A stretch of 64,000 bases of DNA from assembly GCA_963674825.1 (NCBI GenBank), contig OY771587.1, forward strand, positions 1,280,001-1,344,000, read 5' to 3'. The first letter of the stretch is position 1, and each line of letters starts with the position of its first letter. The DNA comes from Candidatus Cloacimonadales bacterium. Lineage in GTDB: Bacteria; Cloacimonadota; Cloacimonadia; Cloacimonadales; JAIOQZ01. Below are positions 51,364-61,020 of this stretch, in pieces. A model generated the notes under the pieces. That model did not search any database. It was not told where the DNA came from and saw nothing but the letters and a program-made list of their open reading frames with translations. The translations under genes and the position numbers were made by a program.

Positions 51364-51370
51364 AATACCC

Positions 51371-51913
51371 TCAATTCTGCGGTATTTTTTCTTTTATAAA
51401 ACGTTCGAGGTTGTTTTTAACGGAACCGTCTATGATCAGCGAACTCGTTTCCGCGTGGAATCCGGCGATCAATTCAGGCCGGATGCGCGTCTTGAATTCG
51501 ACCTTCTTTTTCAGGATATCTTCCAGAAGTCTGGTGATTTTGCTCATCGTCTCGCTATCGTGCTCTCTTGCTACCGAAAGTTTGACGATGATCTGGTTGT
51601 TCTCCTCCAGAATGATATCTTCCATCCGCGAAAGGATCATAATGATCGCAGAGAAACGCCTCTTCTGCACAAGCAGCTGGAACAGCGACTCCCACCGTTC
51701 GCTGAAGTTCAGCTTTTCGGCCAGGGCTGCTGCGAGCTTCTTCTTTCGTGGCATCGAGAGAATCACCATATCGATCGATCGGATGATTTCGGGATATTGG
51801 GAGAGCAATTCCTGTAAACCACGGATATCTTCCAGAAGCTTTGCATGGTCTTCAGGAGCGATCAGCTCGATGAAAGCCTTTGCATATCGTCCGGATACTT
51901 CGATGTCTCTCAC
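51371..51913 (-). CDS. atpH: F1 ATP synthase delta subunit
   Basis: RYAKA, PELIAG..IDGSV; operon position. Confidence 0.9.
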   Translation of the reverse strand: MRDIEVSGRYAKAFIELIAPEDHAKLLEDIRGLQELLSQYPEIIRSIDMVILSMPRKKKLAAALAEKLNFSERWESLFQLLVQKRRFSAIIMILSRMEDIILEENNQIIVKLSVAREHDSETMSKITRLLEDILKKKVEFKTRIRPELIAGFHAETSSLIIDGSVKNNLERFIKEKIPQN

Positions 51914-52392
51914 TGGCTTAACCTGTCTTGCAGTAGTTTATCGATCAGTTTCTTGTCCGCTTGAGGATCCATTTTATCGGCGATGATCTTCGCCGAGACG
52001 GACGCGATCATGCCGGCCAGTTCGCTTTCCAGGCTTGCAATAGTTTGCTTGCGAACGTGAGCGATCTGCGCTTCGGTATCCTGTACGATTTCCTTCTGCT
52101 GTTTGGCAGCGTTATCCAGGATATCCTTTGCTTGATCTTCCGCTTCACGCTTGGCGCGATGCTGCATTTTGCGAATTTCTTCGGACGATTCGATAAGCTC
52201 CTGCTTCTGTTTATCCAGGAGTTGTGCCGCTTCCTCTTTGGTGCGGGTTGCTTCATCGATATCGCTTGAAATCTTCTGCGATCTTTCGGTAAGCCACTTT
52301 GTCATTGGCTTATAGAGAATCTTGTTCAGAATGATCAGAAGCAGAACAAAGTTCGCGATAACGATCAAGAGAGAATAATCAACTGTGATCAT
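51910..52392 (-). CDS. atpF: Fo subunit b
   Basis: N-terminal TM (NF..L..IL....YKP) followed by a coiled coil. Confidence 0.93.
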   Translation of the reverse strand: MITVDYSLLIVIANFVLLLIILNKILYKPMTKWLTERSQKISSDIDEATRTKEEAAQLLDKQKQELIESSEEIRKMQHRAKREAEDQAKDILDNAAKQQKEIVQDTEAQIAHVRKQTIASLESELAGMIASVSAKIIADKMDPQADKKLIDKLLQDRLSQ

Positions 52393-52432
52393 GTCTTCTC
52401 CATTCGCTGAAAAATTTAGGGGTTATGCTGTA

Positions 52433-52684
52433 TCAGGTGGAGAAAATCAACAGCAGTGCGATAACCAGAGAATAGATACCGGTCGATTCGGATACGGCCT
52501 GACCCACCAGCATGGTACGCATAAGCAGGTTCTGATTTTCGGGTGAACGTGCGATACCTTCACATGCCTTACCGGCAACGAAACCTTCACCAACACCGGG
52601 TCCGAGCGCTCCGATACCCATACAGATGCCCGCGCCAAGAAACGCCGCAGCTTTTGCGATGCCTTGTGCCAATGTCATTTCCAT
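52433..52684 (-). CDS. atpE: Fo subunit c (single hairpin, Na+-binding signature)
   Basis: PGVGE(33)G and E66-S67-T68..Y71. Confidence 0.96.
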   Translation of the reverse strand: MEMTLAQGIAKAAAFLGAGICMGIGALGPGVGEGFVAGKACEGIARSPENQNLLMRTMLVGQAVSESTGIYSLVIALLLIFST

Positions 52685-52723
52685 TTTTTCCTCCTGTTAT
52701 GTAACAGTCTTTATGTTTTCAGT

Positions 52724-53476
52724 TTATAATGCAAAGATTAACAGGAACGCGATCACAAGCGAGTAGATCGCGGTTGATTCGGAAACCGCAGCTCCAAGGA
52801 ACATGGTTCGAATCAGGTTGTTCTTCTGCGCAGGGAAGCGTCCGATCGAGTCGTTCGCACGACCCGCAACGAATCCGATACCAGAGCCAGGACCGAGCGT
52901 ACCGAGTCCGATGGCAAAGCCGGCACCAATATAGGCAGCCATCTTCATGATGATGTTCGCCATGCTCGCGTTCTCGGGCTGGAAAGGCGTCGAGAACATA
53001 AGAAGGAGCGATACAACCAATGCGAAAATGGAGCTCGATTGCGAAAGTGCCTGGCCGATCAGCATGTTACCCATCAGGATGTTCGATTGGCGCGGATTGC
53101 GTCCGATCGATTTACATGCTTCACCACCAGCATAACCCGCACCAAATGCAGGACCGACCGCGCCAAGCCCGACTGCGATACCAGCCGAAAGAAGCGCTGC
53201 GAAACGATACCACCCACCTGCTACGACGTCAATTCCACCGAACAGCAGCAGCAGCGCTACAACCAGCGCGAAAATACCGCCGGTCTGTGTGGCCGCCTGG
53301 CCGATCAGCATCGTGCCGAAGAGACGGTCATAAGCCTTGGGTTGCCTGGAAAGAGCCAGGGTCGCCTGGTCGGCAATCGTTCCACTGCCGATACCGCTTG
53401 TTACCGATGAAATTCCAACGCCGATTCCGGCGCCCAAATAAGCCGCGATCTCTACGATCTCTTTTGTGAATACCAT
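52724..53476 (-). CDS. atpE: Triplicated Fo subunit c (3 hairpins, 6 TM)
   Basis: Three c-subunit repeats with loops RQP, RNP and RFP; the catalytic position is Q64, Q146 and E233. Confidence 0.92.
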   Translation of the reverse strand: MVFTKEIVEIAAYLGAGIGVGISSVTSGIGSGTIADQATLALSRQPKAYDRLFGTMLIGQAATQTGGIFALVVALLLLFGGIDVVAGGWYRFAALLSAGIAVGLGAVGPAFGAGYAGGEACKSIGRNPRQSNILMGNMLIGQALSQSSSIFALVVSLLLMFSTPFQPENASMANIIMKMAAYIGAGFAIGLGTLGPGSGIGFVAGRANDSIGRFPAQKNNLIRTMFLGAAVSESTAIYSLVIAFLLIFAL

Positions 53477-53479
53477 TGA

Positions 53480-54373
53480 TTACTCCGAAATCGCTACACT
53501 GATATATGACAGAGCCAGCATAGTGAAGACGAATGCCTGCACCGTACCGACAAACAATCCAAAGAACAGGTTCAGCCCAACCGGCAGAACCACAAACTTG
53601 ACCAGAGACGAAACCACCAGGATGATGATTGCACCGCCGAGGATGTTACCAAACAAACGGAAGGAGATCGAAACGACCTTCGCCAGTTCGCCAATGACAT
53701 CGAGGATAACCATCGGTGTGACGTAACCCTTCAGATAACCACCGATTCCCTTGTGCTTGATCGCCGTGGCGTGAACCACGACACCGACCATGATACCCAT
53801 ACCCATTGTCACATTGAGCGTACGGGTAGGTTCCATGAAGCCGGGGATCGGGATCATACCGATGACGTTACAGATCCACAAGAATATGAAGATGGTTACA
53901 ATGTAAGGTGTGAAGCCTGCAAGCTGGGGTCCGAGTGTCTCAACCACGAATCCCTCCAGCATCCCGTAGATAGATTCGAACAGGATTTGGATCTTGCTGG
54001 GGCGTTCAAACAAACGCTTGCGGGTGAAAAACGCGAAGAAAAGCAGTGCGATATCGACGATCAGCAACATCCGCAGAAGCTGGAAAGTGCCGACTGGGGT
54101 TCCCTTGGCGAGAACTGTCATCGAATTGTAAAGCTCTTCGCTACCGTAGATAACCTTCTCTTCACCTTGGTCTTCGATGAACTTATCGCGCTGGAAATCT
54201 TCGGTAATCCTGTCGGAAAGGACAAATTCGTGCGGTGTATTGCGGAATACAAACTTGCCGTCTTCGTCAAATCCGATCTGGATTTGTTTGTTGAGAAATC
54301 CCGAGAGGGCAAGCAGAATGATTTCAATGACTGCGAAAATGATAATAATCCGGAGAATTCCGCCTTTCTTCAT
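53480..54373 (-). CDS. atpB: Fo subunit a with N-terminal extension
   Basis: PSKIQ..E, N..G.IP, SISFRLFGN and QAFVFTML motifs. Confidence 0.96.
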   Translation of the reverse strand: MKKGGILRIIIIFAVIEIILLALSGFLNKQIQIGFDEDGKFVFRNTPHEFVLSDRITEDFQRDKFIEDQGEEKVIYGSEELYNSMTVLAKGTPVGTFQLLRMLLIVDIALLFFAFFTRKRLFERPSKIQILFESIYGMLEGFVVETLGPQLAGFTPYIVTIFIFLWICNVIGMIPIPGFMEPTRTLNVTMGMGIMVGVVVHATAIKHKGIGGYLKGYVTPMVILDVIGELAKVVSISFRLFGNILGGAIIILVVSSLVKFVVLPVGLNLFFGLFVGTVQAFVFTMLALSYISVAISE

Positions 54374-54374
54374 T

Positions 54375-54758
54375 CTATCCCCTGAAGTATTTATTGTTTT
54401 TCAAGCTATCCCAGCCAGCGCTGATAAAGATCACGATCTGAGAGGATAACAAACCGATACCGAATGTGAGGATATTCAGCCGAATAAATTTTACGATAAC
54501 GACTGAATATACAATCAGGAAAACGTATTTCAGATAAAAAGTCTTAAAGGCCTGAACCCCGGCTTTTCCTGAAACAGAATCAAGGATCTTTCTGGTATCT
54601 CGTGCCAGCAGCAGAAAATAGATCACGCTGCCGATTGAACCGAGGATATACCCCAGCGCTTCATTGAAAAACAATGATAATGTCATCGCCGCAAGTACGT
54701 CTGTCAAGAAAATAATCACGATTACTTGTGTAACCAGCTTCCTGGGGTTATCGAGCAT
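54375..54758 (-). CDS. atpI: ATP synthase protein I
   Basis: 4 TM helices, directly upstream of atpB; start inferred. Confidence 0.75.
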   Translation of the reverse strand: MLDNPRKLVTQVIVIIFLTDVLAAMTLSLFFNEALGYILGSIGSVIYFLLLARDTRKILDSVSGKAGVQAFKTFYLKYVFLIVYSVVIVKFIRLNILTFGIGLLSSQIVIFISAGWDSLKNNKYFRG

Positions 54759-54777
54759 GGCAATTCCTGAGTCGCGT

Positions 54778-55059
54778 TCAGTCCTGTTTGAAGTCATCAT
54801 TCGGTTTGTGCACTTCAGTCGTGTTCGCGTTTTTGTAGAGCTTAAAGGCCGCCATCCATCCAACGATCAATCCGAACAGCACGCCAAACGGTGTTATGGC
54901 GTTTCTCGCGTCCAAGATCCTGTCGATCAGGAGAAACAGAAGGAACCCGATCAGCATAGAGATGAAGATGGTGAAGATCAATTGAGGGATCATAGGCCAG
55001 AAGTTTGTCTGTGCTTTATCACTTTTACTGGCATTGATCCGTTTGGTTTGTCTGAACAT
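54778..55059 (-). CDS. AtpZ/AtpQ-family small membrane protein
   Basis: Two TM helices flanking G..ID; first gene of the atp cluster. Confidence 0.65.
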   Translation of the reverse strand: MFRQTKRINASKSDKAQTNFWPMIPQLIFTIFISMLIGFLLFLLIDRILDARNAITPFGVLFGLIVGWMAAFKLYKNANTTEVHKPNDDFKQD

Positions 55060-55063
55060 TCTG

Positions 55064-55423
55064 TCAATCCGTTTTGGGTTGTGGACTGTCGTTTTTCATC
55101 GAGCAGTTCCCGTTCAAGATAGCTCCGGCATGTATTCGTAGCGTTCTGGCGATGATATTACCGTTGACTCGAGCGTTTTTCTCCAGCTCAAGCTGGTCCT
55201 GCACCTGTATATCGCCTTCGACATTTCCGCAGACCAGGCATTCTTTTGCCTTGAGATCTGCTTTTGCGACACCCGATGAACCGACCAGGATGAATCCGTC
55301 GGCCTGGATAGAACCTTCTACTTCACCATCTACGCGGATGCCGCCTTTGATATCGAGCGTTCCCGTGACGACGCTCCCCTTCCCTATCATGGTGGAGAGC
55401 TCAATCTTACGGTTTTTCTCCAT
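55064..55423 (-). CDS. Bactofilin (polymer-forming cytoskeletal protein)
   Basis: TMIGKG..VTG, IRVDGEVEG and V.GNI.A..L.I..GA.LNG.C.M; RBS AAGGA. Confidence 0.9.
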   Translation of the reverse strand: MEKNRKIELSTMIGKGSVVTGTLDIKGGIRVDGEVEGSIQADGFILVGSSGVAKADLKAKECLVCGNVEGDIQVQDQLELEKNARVNGNIIARTLRIHAGAILNGNCSMKNDSPQPKTD

Positions 55424-55463
55424 GGATTGTCCTTTCGTCAGTTTTTTGGACAACGATCGTAAA

Positions 55464-56168
55464 CTACTTCTGTTTCTTCTTTTCGATGATCGTCATCGGA
55501 TCGATGTTTTCGCCTTTATACAGCACTTCGTAGTGCAGATGCGGATCAGTGCTGTTGCCTGTATTACCCACATACGCGACGGTTTCCCCCTTATCGACGA
55601 ACGTTCGCGGTGGGAAGAATGTCCTGTTCAGATGCGCATACATCGTTATATAGTCGTTCAAGTGATCGATGATGAGCACATTGCCGAAATACTGGTCCTC
55701 GTAAACCGATTTGATCACGCCTGCTCCGGTAGCTATCACTTCCGTCCCAAGCGGCGCAGCAAAATCGACTGCTTTGTGGTCTTTATTGAATCTCCGCGAG
55801 ATAATATGTTCTCCGCGGATAGGATCCATGTCAGGAATCAAACGCTGCTTCATCTCGAGTTGATGCAATTCGTCGCGTAGCTCTCTGGTCGTAATCTCTG
55901 GCATAGCAGGCTGATCGCCCTTTTCCTTGAAATACTCGTCCAGCAACTTGTTGAGGCTTTCCTGCCTGGGGATCTCCGGCATATCGGGGTGTCGTTTTGA
56001 AAGCTCGTTCATTCGGACTCTTAGCGAGTCATTCACATGTTGAAGCTGATCGCAACGGAACTCGGTATTGCGCAAATGCTTCTTTACGCTGGCTACTTCC
56101 GATGCCAAGAAGATCATAACAGCAATGGAAAAGATCAGAAGCCCGATCAGATAGCGTTTCATAACCAC
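55464..56168 (-). CDS. M23 family metallopeptidase
   Basis: HKAVD, YAHL and GNTGNSTDPHLHYE motifs; N-terminal TM; adjacent to bactofilin. Confidence 0.92.
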   Translation of the reverse strand: MVMKRYLIGLLIFSIAVMIFLASEVASVKKHLRNTEFRCDQLQHVNDSLRVRMNELSKRHPDMPEIPRQESLNKLLDEYFKEKGDQPAMPEITTRELRDELHQLEMKQRLIPDMDPIRGEHIISRRFNKDHKAVDFAAPLGTEVIATGAGVIKSVYEDQYFGNVLIIDHLNDYITMYAHLNRTFFPPRTFVDKGETVAYVGNTGNSTDPHLHYEVLYKGENIDPMTIIEKKKQK

Positions 56169-56208
56169 CCGTTACGTTGTTTGTCGGCACTGAGCCGTTT
56201 GGATTACA

Positions 56209-57066
56209 CTACTGGTCCTGAAACTTACGCAGGCGCTCCAGCAGCGCGATTCGCTCCTCTTCATTGGAGTATTGGAATACGACTTTTCCTTTCTTGGGAT
56301 TGCCCTTGATGCTGACTTTGACATTAAACCGTTCGGTAAGTTGCTTCTGTACTTGCCGGATCAGATCGGGAAAGAATCCCTTCTTGTCTTCCTGCGGCTT
56401 GGACTGATCGCTATTGATGCGCTTCGCTTCTTTCTCCGTCTGCCGTACGGACCAGCCCTTCGACGCGATTGTTTTCGCGAAATCTAATTGCATTTCAGAC
56501 TCTAACTGAAGCACAGCGCGTGCGTGGCCAGCGGAAATCAGACCTTCGAGAAGCATCTGTTGCACATCCTCGTTCAGCTTCAGAAGACGCAACGAATTGG
56601 AGATCGTAACCCTGTCCTTGCCGATGATCTCCGAGATCTGAGCGTGCGTCAGGCTGAATTCGTCGTGCAGAACATTATATGCCTTCGCTTCTTCGATGGG
56701 GTTGAGATCTTCGCGCTGGATGTTCTCGATGATAGCGAACTGAAGCTGCTCTTTCTTGGTGACGCTGCGAATGATAACCGGCACCTCTTCAAAGCCAGCT
56801 ATTTTCGACGCTTCCAGCCTGCGTTCACCCGCAATCAACTCGTAATGTGTCTGGTCGCGTTTTGTTACGATGATCGGTTGGATCATGCCGTTTTCTTTCA
56901 ACGACTGCGCCAGATCTTCCAGTTTTTCGCGTACGAATACCTTGCGCGGCTGGTAGCTGTTCGGATGGATATGCTCCACCCGTACGGTAGTAATACCGGT
57001 ACTGCGGTCGGTCGATTCCGGACCGTCGTTTATAAGTGAATCGAGTCCTCGTCCTAATCTGGTCAT
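56209..57066 (-). CDS. parB: Chromosome partitioning protein ParB
   Basis: LGRGLDSL, QPRK.F, AGERR and ENIQREDLNPIEEA motifs. Confidence 0.97.
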   Translation of the reverse strand: MTRLGRGLDSLINDGPESTDRSTGITTVRVEHIHPNSYQPRKVFVREKLEDLAQSLKENGMIQPIIVTKRDQTHYELIAGERRLEASKIAGFEEVPVIIRSVTKKEQLQFAIIENIQREDLNPIEEAKAYNVLHDEFSLTHAQISEIIGKDRVTISNSLRLLKLNEDVQQMLLEGLISAGHARAVLQLESEMQLDFAKTIASKGWSVRQTEKEAKRINSDQSKPQEDKKGFFPDLIRQVQKQLTERFNVKVSIKGNPKKGKVVFQYSNEEERIALLERLRKFQDQ

Positions 57067-57084
57067 ATTATCTATCCATTATTT

Positions 57085-57843
57085 CTATCGTTCTATCACT
57101 TCGGCAGCCAGCGAGAAGTAGTCGCCAGCGCCTTTGCACTTGATATCGTAGTGGAAAATCGATTGCCCGAAGCTTGGCGCTTCGCTCAGTTTCACATTTC
57201 GATGAATAATCGATTTGAATACCTTGTCGCCGAAATATCGGCGCACCTCTTTCGCCACCTGATTGGAGAGATTCAAGCGTTTGTCGTACATCGTGAGCAG
57301 CACGCCCATGATGCGCAGGCTCGGGTTCAGGTTCTTCTGGATCAACCTGATCGTATTCAAGAGCTGACTGACACCTTCCAGCGCATAATATTCGCACTGG
57401 ATCGGGATCAGAACGTCGGTACATGCGGTTAGCGCGTTGACGGTGAGAAGCCCGAGCGACGGTGGACAATCGATCACGATGTACTCGTAGTCGTCGCGGA
57501 TAGGCTCGATCGCCGATTTCATGCGCTGCTCGCGCGCAAATTCCTTCACCAGCTCGATCTCAGCACCAACCAGGTCGATGTTCGTCGGTGCGATGCTCAG
57601 TTTATCGATATAGGTCTTTTGGATGATATCCTTGAGCGCTTTCTTCTGGATCAGCACGTCGTAGATATGATCCTTGAGCTCCTTGGTGTCGATCCCGAGT
57701 CCGCTGGAAGCGTTCCCCTGCGGATCGAAGTCGATCAGAAGCGTATTTTTTTCATGAATCCCGAGTGCAGCAGACAGATTGACCGCTGTGGTCGTCTTCC
57801 CAACACCACCCTTTTGATTCACAACAACGATAATTTTTTTCAT
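57085..57843 (-). CDS. parA: Chromosome partitioning ATPase ParA/Soj
   Basis: NQKGGVGKTTT, DPQGNAS, DCPPSLG and EAPSFG motifs. Confidence 0.97.
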   Translation of the reverse strand: MKKIIVVVNQKGGVGKTTTAVNLSAALGIHEKNTLLIDFDPQGNASSGLGIDTKELKDHIYDVLIQKKALKDIIQKTYIDKLSIAPTNIDLVGAEIELVKEFAREQRMKSAIEPIRDDYEYIVIDCPPSLGLLTVNALTACTDVLIPIQCEYYALEGVSQLLNTIRLIQKNLNPSLRIMGVLLTMYDKRLNLSNQVAKEVRRYFGDKVFKSIIHRNVKLSEAPSFGQSIFHYDIKCKGAGDYFSLAAEVIER

Positions 57844-57858
57844 GTATTCTCTATGATA

Positions 57859-58494
57859 TTAATTCCTGATAACTTTTAGCCAGGCTGCGATTTTTCGCTC
57901 ACCAAGGCTCGGATGCGACGCATCCAGAAATTCGATTCCGCGAAACGGCTCCAGGTCGTCAACCTCTTTCGCTTTATAAAAGAGCACTTTACCGCCGGGC
58001 TTGACCAGCTTTTTCAAACAGACCGCGAATCGTGGTTCGATCCGTACTGAGCGGCACACGACGGCGTCGAAGTAGTCGCGCCATCTTCTCATCTCGAGCT
58101 CTTCGATACGTGAAGGTATGGTTTGACAGCCTTTCACGTCAAGCATTTTAACGATTTCAGCTACGGCCTCGCACTTTTTCTTTCTGGAATCGAGCAGATA
58201 CATTTCGCAGTCGGGATAGAGTATCTTCAGCGGAATACCGGGCAAGCCGCCTCCAGTACCGAAATCGAGCACTTTTAGCCCTGCGAAATCGAAGAATCGT
58301 ACGGGTGTGATGGAATCGAGGTAGTGTTTTGTCCAATAGTCATCGGCCGATGTTGCACGTGAAACGAGGTTTATACGCGTGTTCATGTCCGTTAAAAGTT
58401 CGTGGTATCGGTCGAATAACGGTATGACACGCTCCGCGTTAAACTTACCCATATCTTCCAGAAATTCAATGAATTGCGCTCGTTGTTCCGACAT
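57859..58494 (-). CDS. rsmG: 16S rRNA m7G527 methyltransferase
   Basis: NL, HYLDS and DFGTGGGLPGIPL motifs; upstream of parA. Confidence 0.93.
   Translation of the reverse strand: MSEQRAQFIEFLEDMGKFNAERVIPLFDRYHELLTDMNTRINLVSRATSADDYWTKHYLDSITPVRFFDFAGLKVLDFGTGGGLPGIPLKILYPDCEMYLLDSRKKKCEAVAEIVKMLDVKGCQTIPSRIEELEMRRWRDYFDAVVCRSVRIEPRFAVCLKKLVKPGGKVLFYKAKEVDDLEPFRGIEFLDASHPSLGERKIAAWLKVIRN
58351..58366. promoter_or_regulatory. Putative parS site inside rsmG
   Basis: TGTTGCACGTGAAACG, 14/16 match to consensus TGTTTCACGTGAAACA; about 500 bp from parA. Confidence 0.7.
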
Positions 58495-58591
58495 CCTTCG
58501 CCTGCTTTCCTCTTCTTTTTTGTTAAATTCTCACAGACACGTGAATCGGTCAATTGAAATGTGCGAGACTTCCACTCACAAATGTGAGAGG

Positions 58592-60754
58592 CTATTCATC
58601 AAATTCTTTGTGCTTGTACTCCAGAACCATGATCTTCGTGGTGGCAGACTGCCCACTAGCTTCAAGATGGCAGAAATAAATACCGGTCTTCAGGCTGGTT
58701 CCATCCCATTGCATGACATGTTCTCCAGCCGGGAGACCCTCATCGATCAGCGTCGTAACCTTTTGTCCACGAGCATTATAGAGCATTATCTTCACACGCC
58801 CTTCGTCTGGAACAACAAACGCAATCCGAGTTTGATAATAGAATGGATTTGGATAGACCTTGATGCTTGTTTTCCTATTAGAATTTGGCGGTTCAACCGA
58901 TATTCCTGTGGTATTCCACTCATAACAGCCTATGTCGATCAAACCATCATGGATGCGCGGATTACCGGCGAAATCAGTCTCGGGCATCGCTACATACGGG
59001 ACATCGAGAGTACCGCTATCGATGCAAGGCGAATCGTCTGAAAGAAGGAAGGGATTACTTCCGTATCCATAGAACGCAGGATCATCCGCGATATTCCCCT
59101 CGCCGTCGTATCCACCTTCGATATCGTTGTAGCGGATATACATCGGCTTACCTTCGTAGATCTGGCCACCCATAAAGAAAATGTTTTCGTTGCCGTAAAC
59201 GATGTTATTGTATAGAATTGGCTTGGATATAAAGTTGTGCACCGGTAGCGTGTTGTCAAATTCGCTTTCGTTCAGCAGATTATTGCCGGTGAACGTGTTG
59301 CCGATCATCTTTGGGTAGGAGTAGTTACTGCTGATAATCGAGCCCATGGCCAGCGCATAGCATTTGTTGACCAGGTTGCCGACAATCTCGGGATTGGATT
59401 GCGCGTCGCAATAAAATGCTCCGCCGTGGTGCGCGAGGCAGTTGTGAATATAGCAGTTCTCGATCCTCGCCTTGGAGAAATCGAAGAAGTAGAATGCGCC
59501 GCCCCGCTCAGCCTTGCTATACGCGATTTCACAGAATTCCAGTCGCGAAGCATCATTCAGCGACGAAGTGTTATCGAATCGGATACCGTTCCAGCAGCTG
59601 GTTTCAGCATCGTCGATAGTGAAATTCTCCGGATCGCTGGAGATGAATCGAATCCTGTCGTCTGGTGTACCGATCGCCGTGAGCGTGCCCTGCACATTCA
59701 GCGCGTAGAAACCATCGAAGATCACCTGCACGCCCGGCTGGATGACCAGCTCAACACCATCCGCAATTGTGACATCGTCTATCACATGAATGGTCTCCGC
59801 CTGCCACACAGTGTCCTCGTCGATCACACCACCTACATCCTCGCGGAATCCACTGTAATAGCGATAGTGCCGCATTTTCTGGACAGGTTGCGAGACGCTT
59901 ATAGTTGACGCGAAGGTCTGACAGCCATAGCCTACGGCGGCAGAGCCTGCGACCGGCATAAAGAGTCCATTCTCGGGATCGGTGAGTTGTGGATTCTCAC
60001 CCAGGATATTGTTGTAAGGAGCCGACCCGGCATCCTCCCACGGTTCCGGGAGTACTCAGCCCCAGTCACAGAGCAAGCTGAAGTGCGTCAGCAAGCCTTG
60101 GTTGAGTTCCTCGTCGCTATGCCACGACCAGTTCTCTATGACATCCGGAATACCGAAGAAACCATACTGGATGCTGTAGGAGTAGCTTGTACCGGATGGA
60201 AGCCATTCGGAGGCGATACCGGTATTGTATATATAATCGTAGCCGGTGTCGATGACATCGACGCAAAGATTTCGTTCCAGCAGGATTCCCTCGCCCGAAG
60301 CCTGTAAGCGAATGCCGTAGTCTTGCGGCTTGTAGAACGTTACATAGCGAACGCTACCCTGCGGAAGCGCGACCAACTCCGAATTGATCCCACGAAAGCG
60401 GATATTACCGTTGATCACCACACAATCGGAAATATCCAGACGATTCTCGCAGAAAGAGATACAAATCTGCTCGCCCTGCATGTCGAGAATCGCTCCGTTT
60501 CCGATGATGCGGGTATCGACACCCTCTTCGCCATAGAGCTCGTACAGCGCTGGGTCCAGCAACCCGCCGATCAGCAGTCCTCCCGTGTAAGTAACGCCGG
60601 TTTCCAACTCGACAAGCTTCTCGTAGTAATGATCCTGATCGTACCCTGCCTCAGCAGCATCGAACACTTCCTTCAGAGAAAGTCCGTTCAAAACAGCGGT
60701 CAGCAAAAATATCAGAATTACTATAAACGTTCTCATAACGCAACACAGAGACAT
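58592..60754 (-). CDS. Secreted parallel beta-helix protein with T9SS-like CTD, containing one in-frame UGA at 60056-60058 (candidate selenocysteine/readthrough; 720 aa if read through)
   Basis: ORFs 60056-60754 and 58592-59959 share a frame and are joined by 32 sense codons; the signal peptide is only in the first and the CTD only in the second. Confidence 0.7.
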
Positions 60755-60839
60755 TCCAATACCTTCGCGTCAACAAATTTCTGCAATTGCCCGATTATTT
60801 TCATTGACAATATTTGATACCATCAAGCATTATTGAGGT

Positions 60840-60930
60840 GTTCATAGAATTTGATGCGATGATCCATCATCAGTAAGCAACCTTCCATTTCATTGCTTAC
60901 AGCTCCCGGGGAAACCCGGGAGTTTTTTTT
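60840..60930 (+). ncRNA. Candidate small RNA (~90 nt, three hairpins)
   Basis: TTGACA(60804)-18 nt-CATTAT promoter; hairpins at 60858-60871 and 60873-60900; strong terminator at 60902-60930; no + strand gene nearby. Confidence 0.5.
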
Positions 60931-60961
60931 ACACTATGCCCAGTCTTGGATCAATCTCCCC

Positions 60962-60998
60962 AAAAAAAATCCCCGACGCGGGATAACCACATCGGGGA
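60962..60998 (-). terminator. Intrinsic terminator of gyrA
   Basis: TCCCCGA/TCGGGGA stem followed by T8 on the minus strand. Confidence 0.8.
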
Positions 60999-61020
60999 CT
61001 GATTTATTTACCTATCGTTT

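Noticed and set aside
60755..61020. oriC between gyrA and the par region
   Set aside because: No cluster of TTATCCACA DnaA boxes or AT-rich unwinding repeats seen
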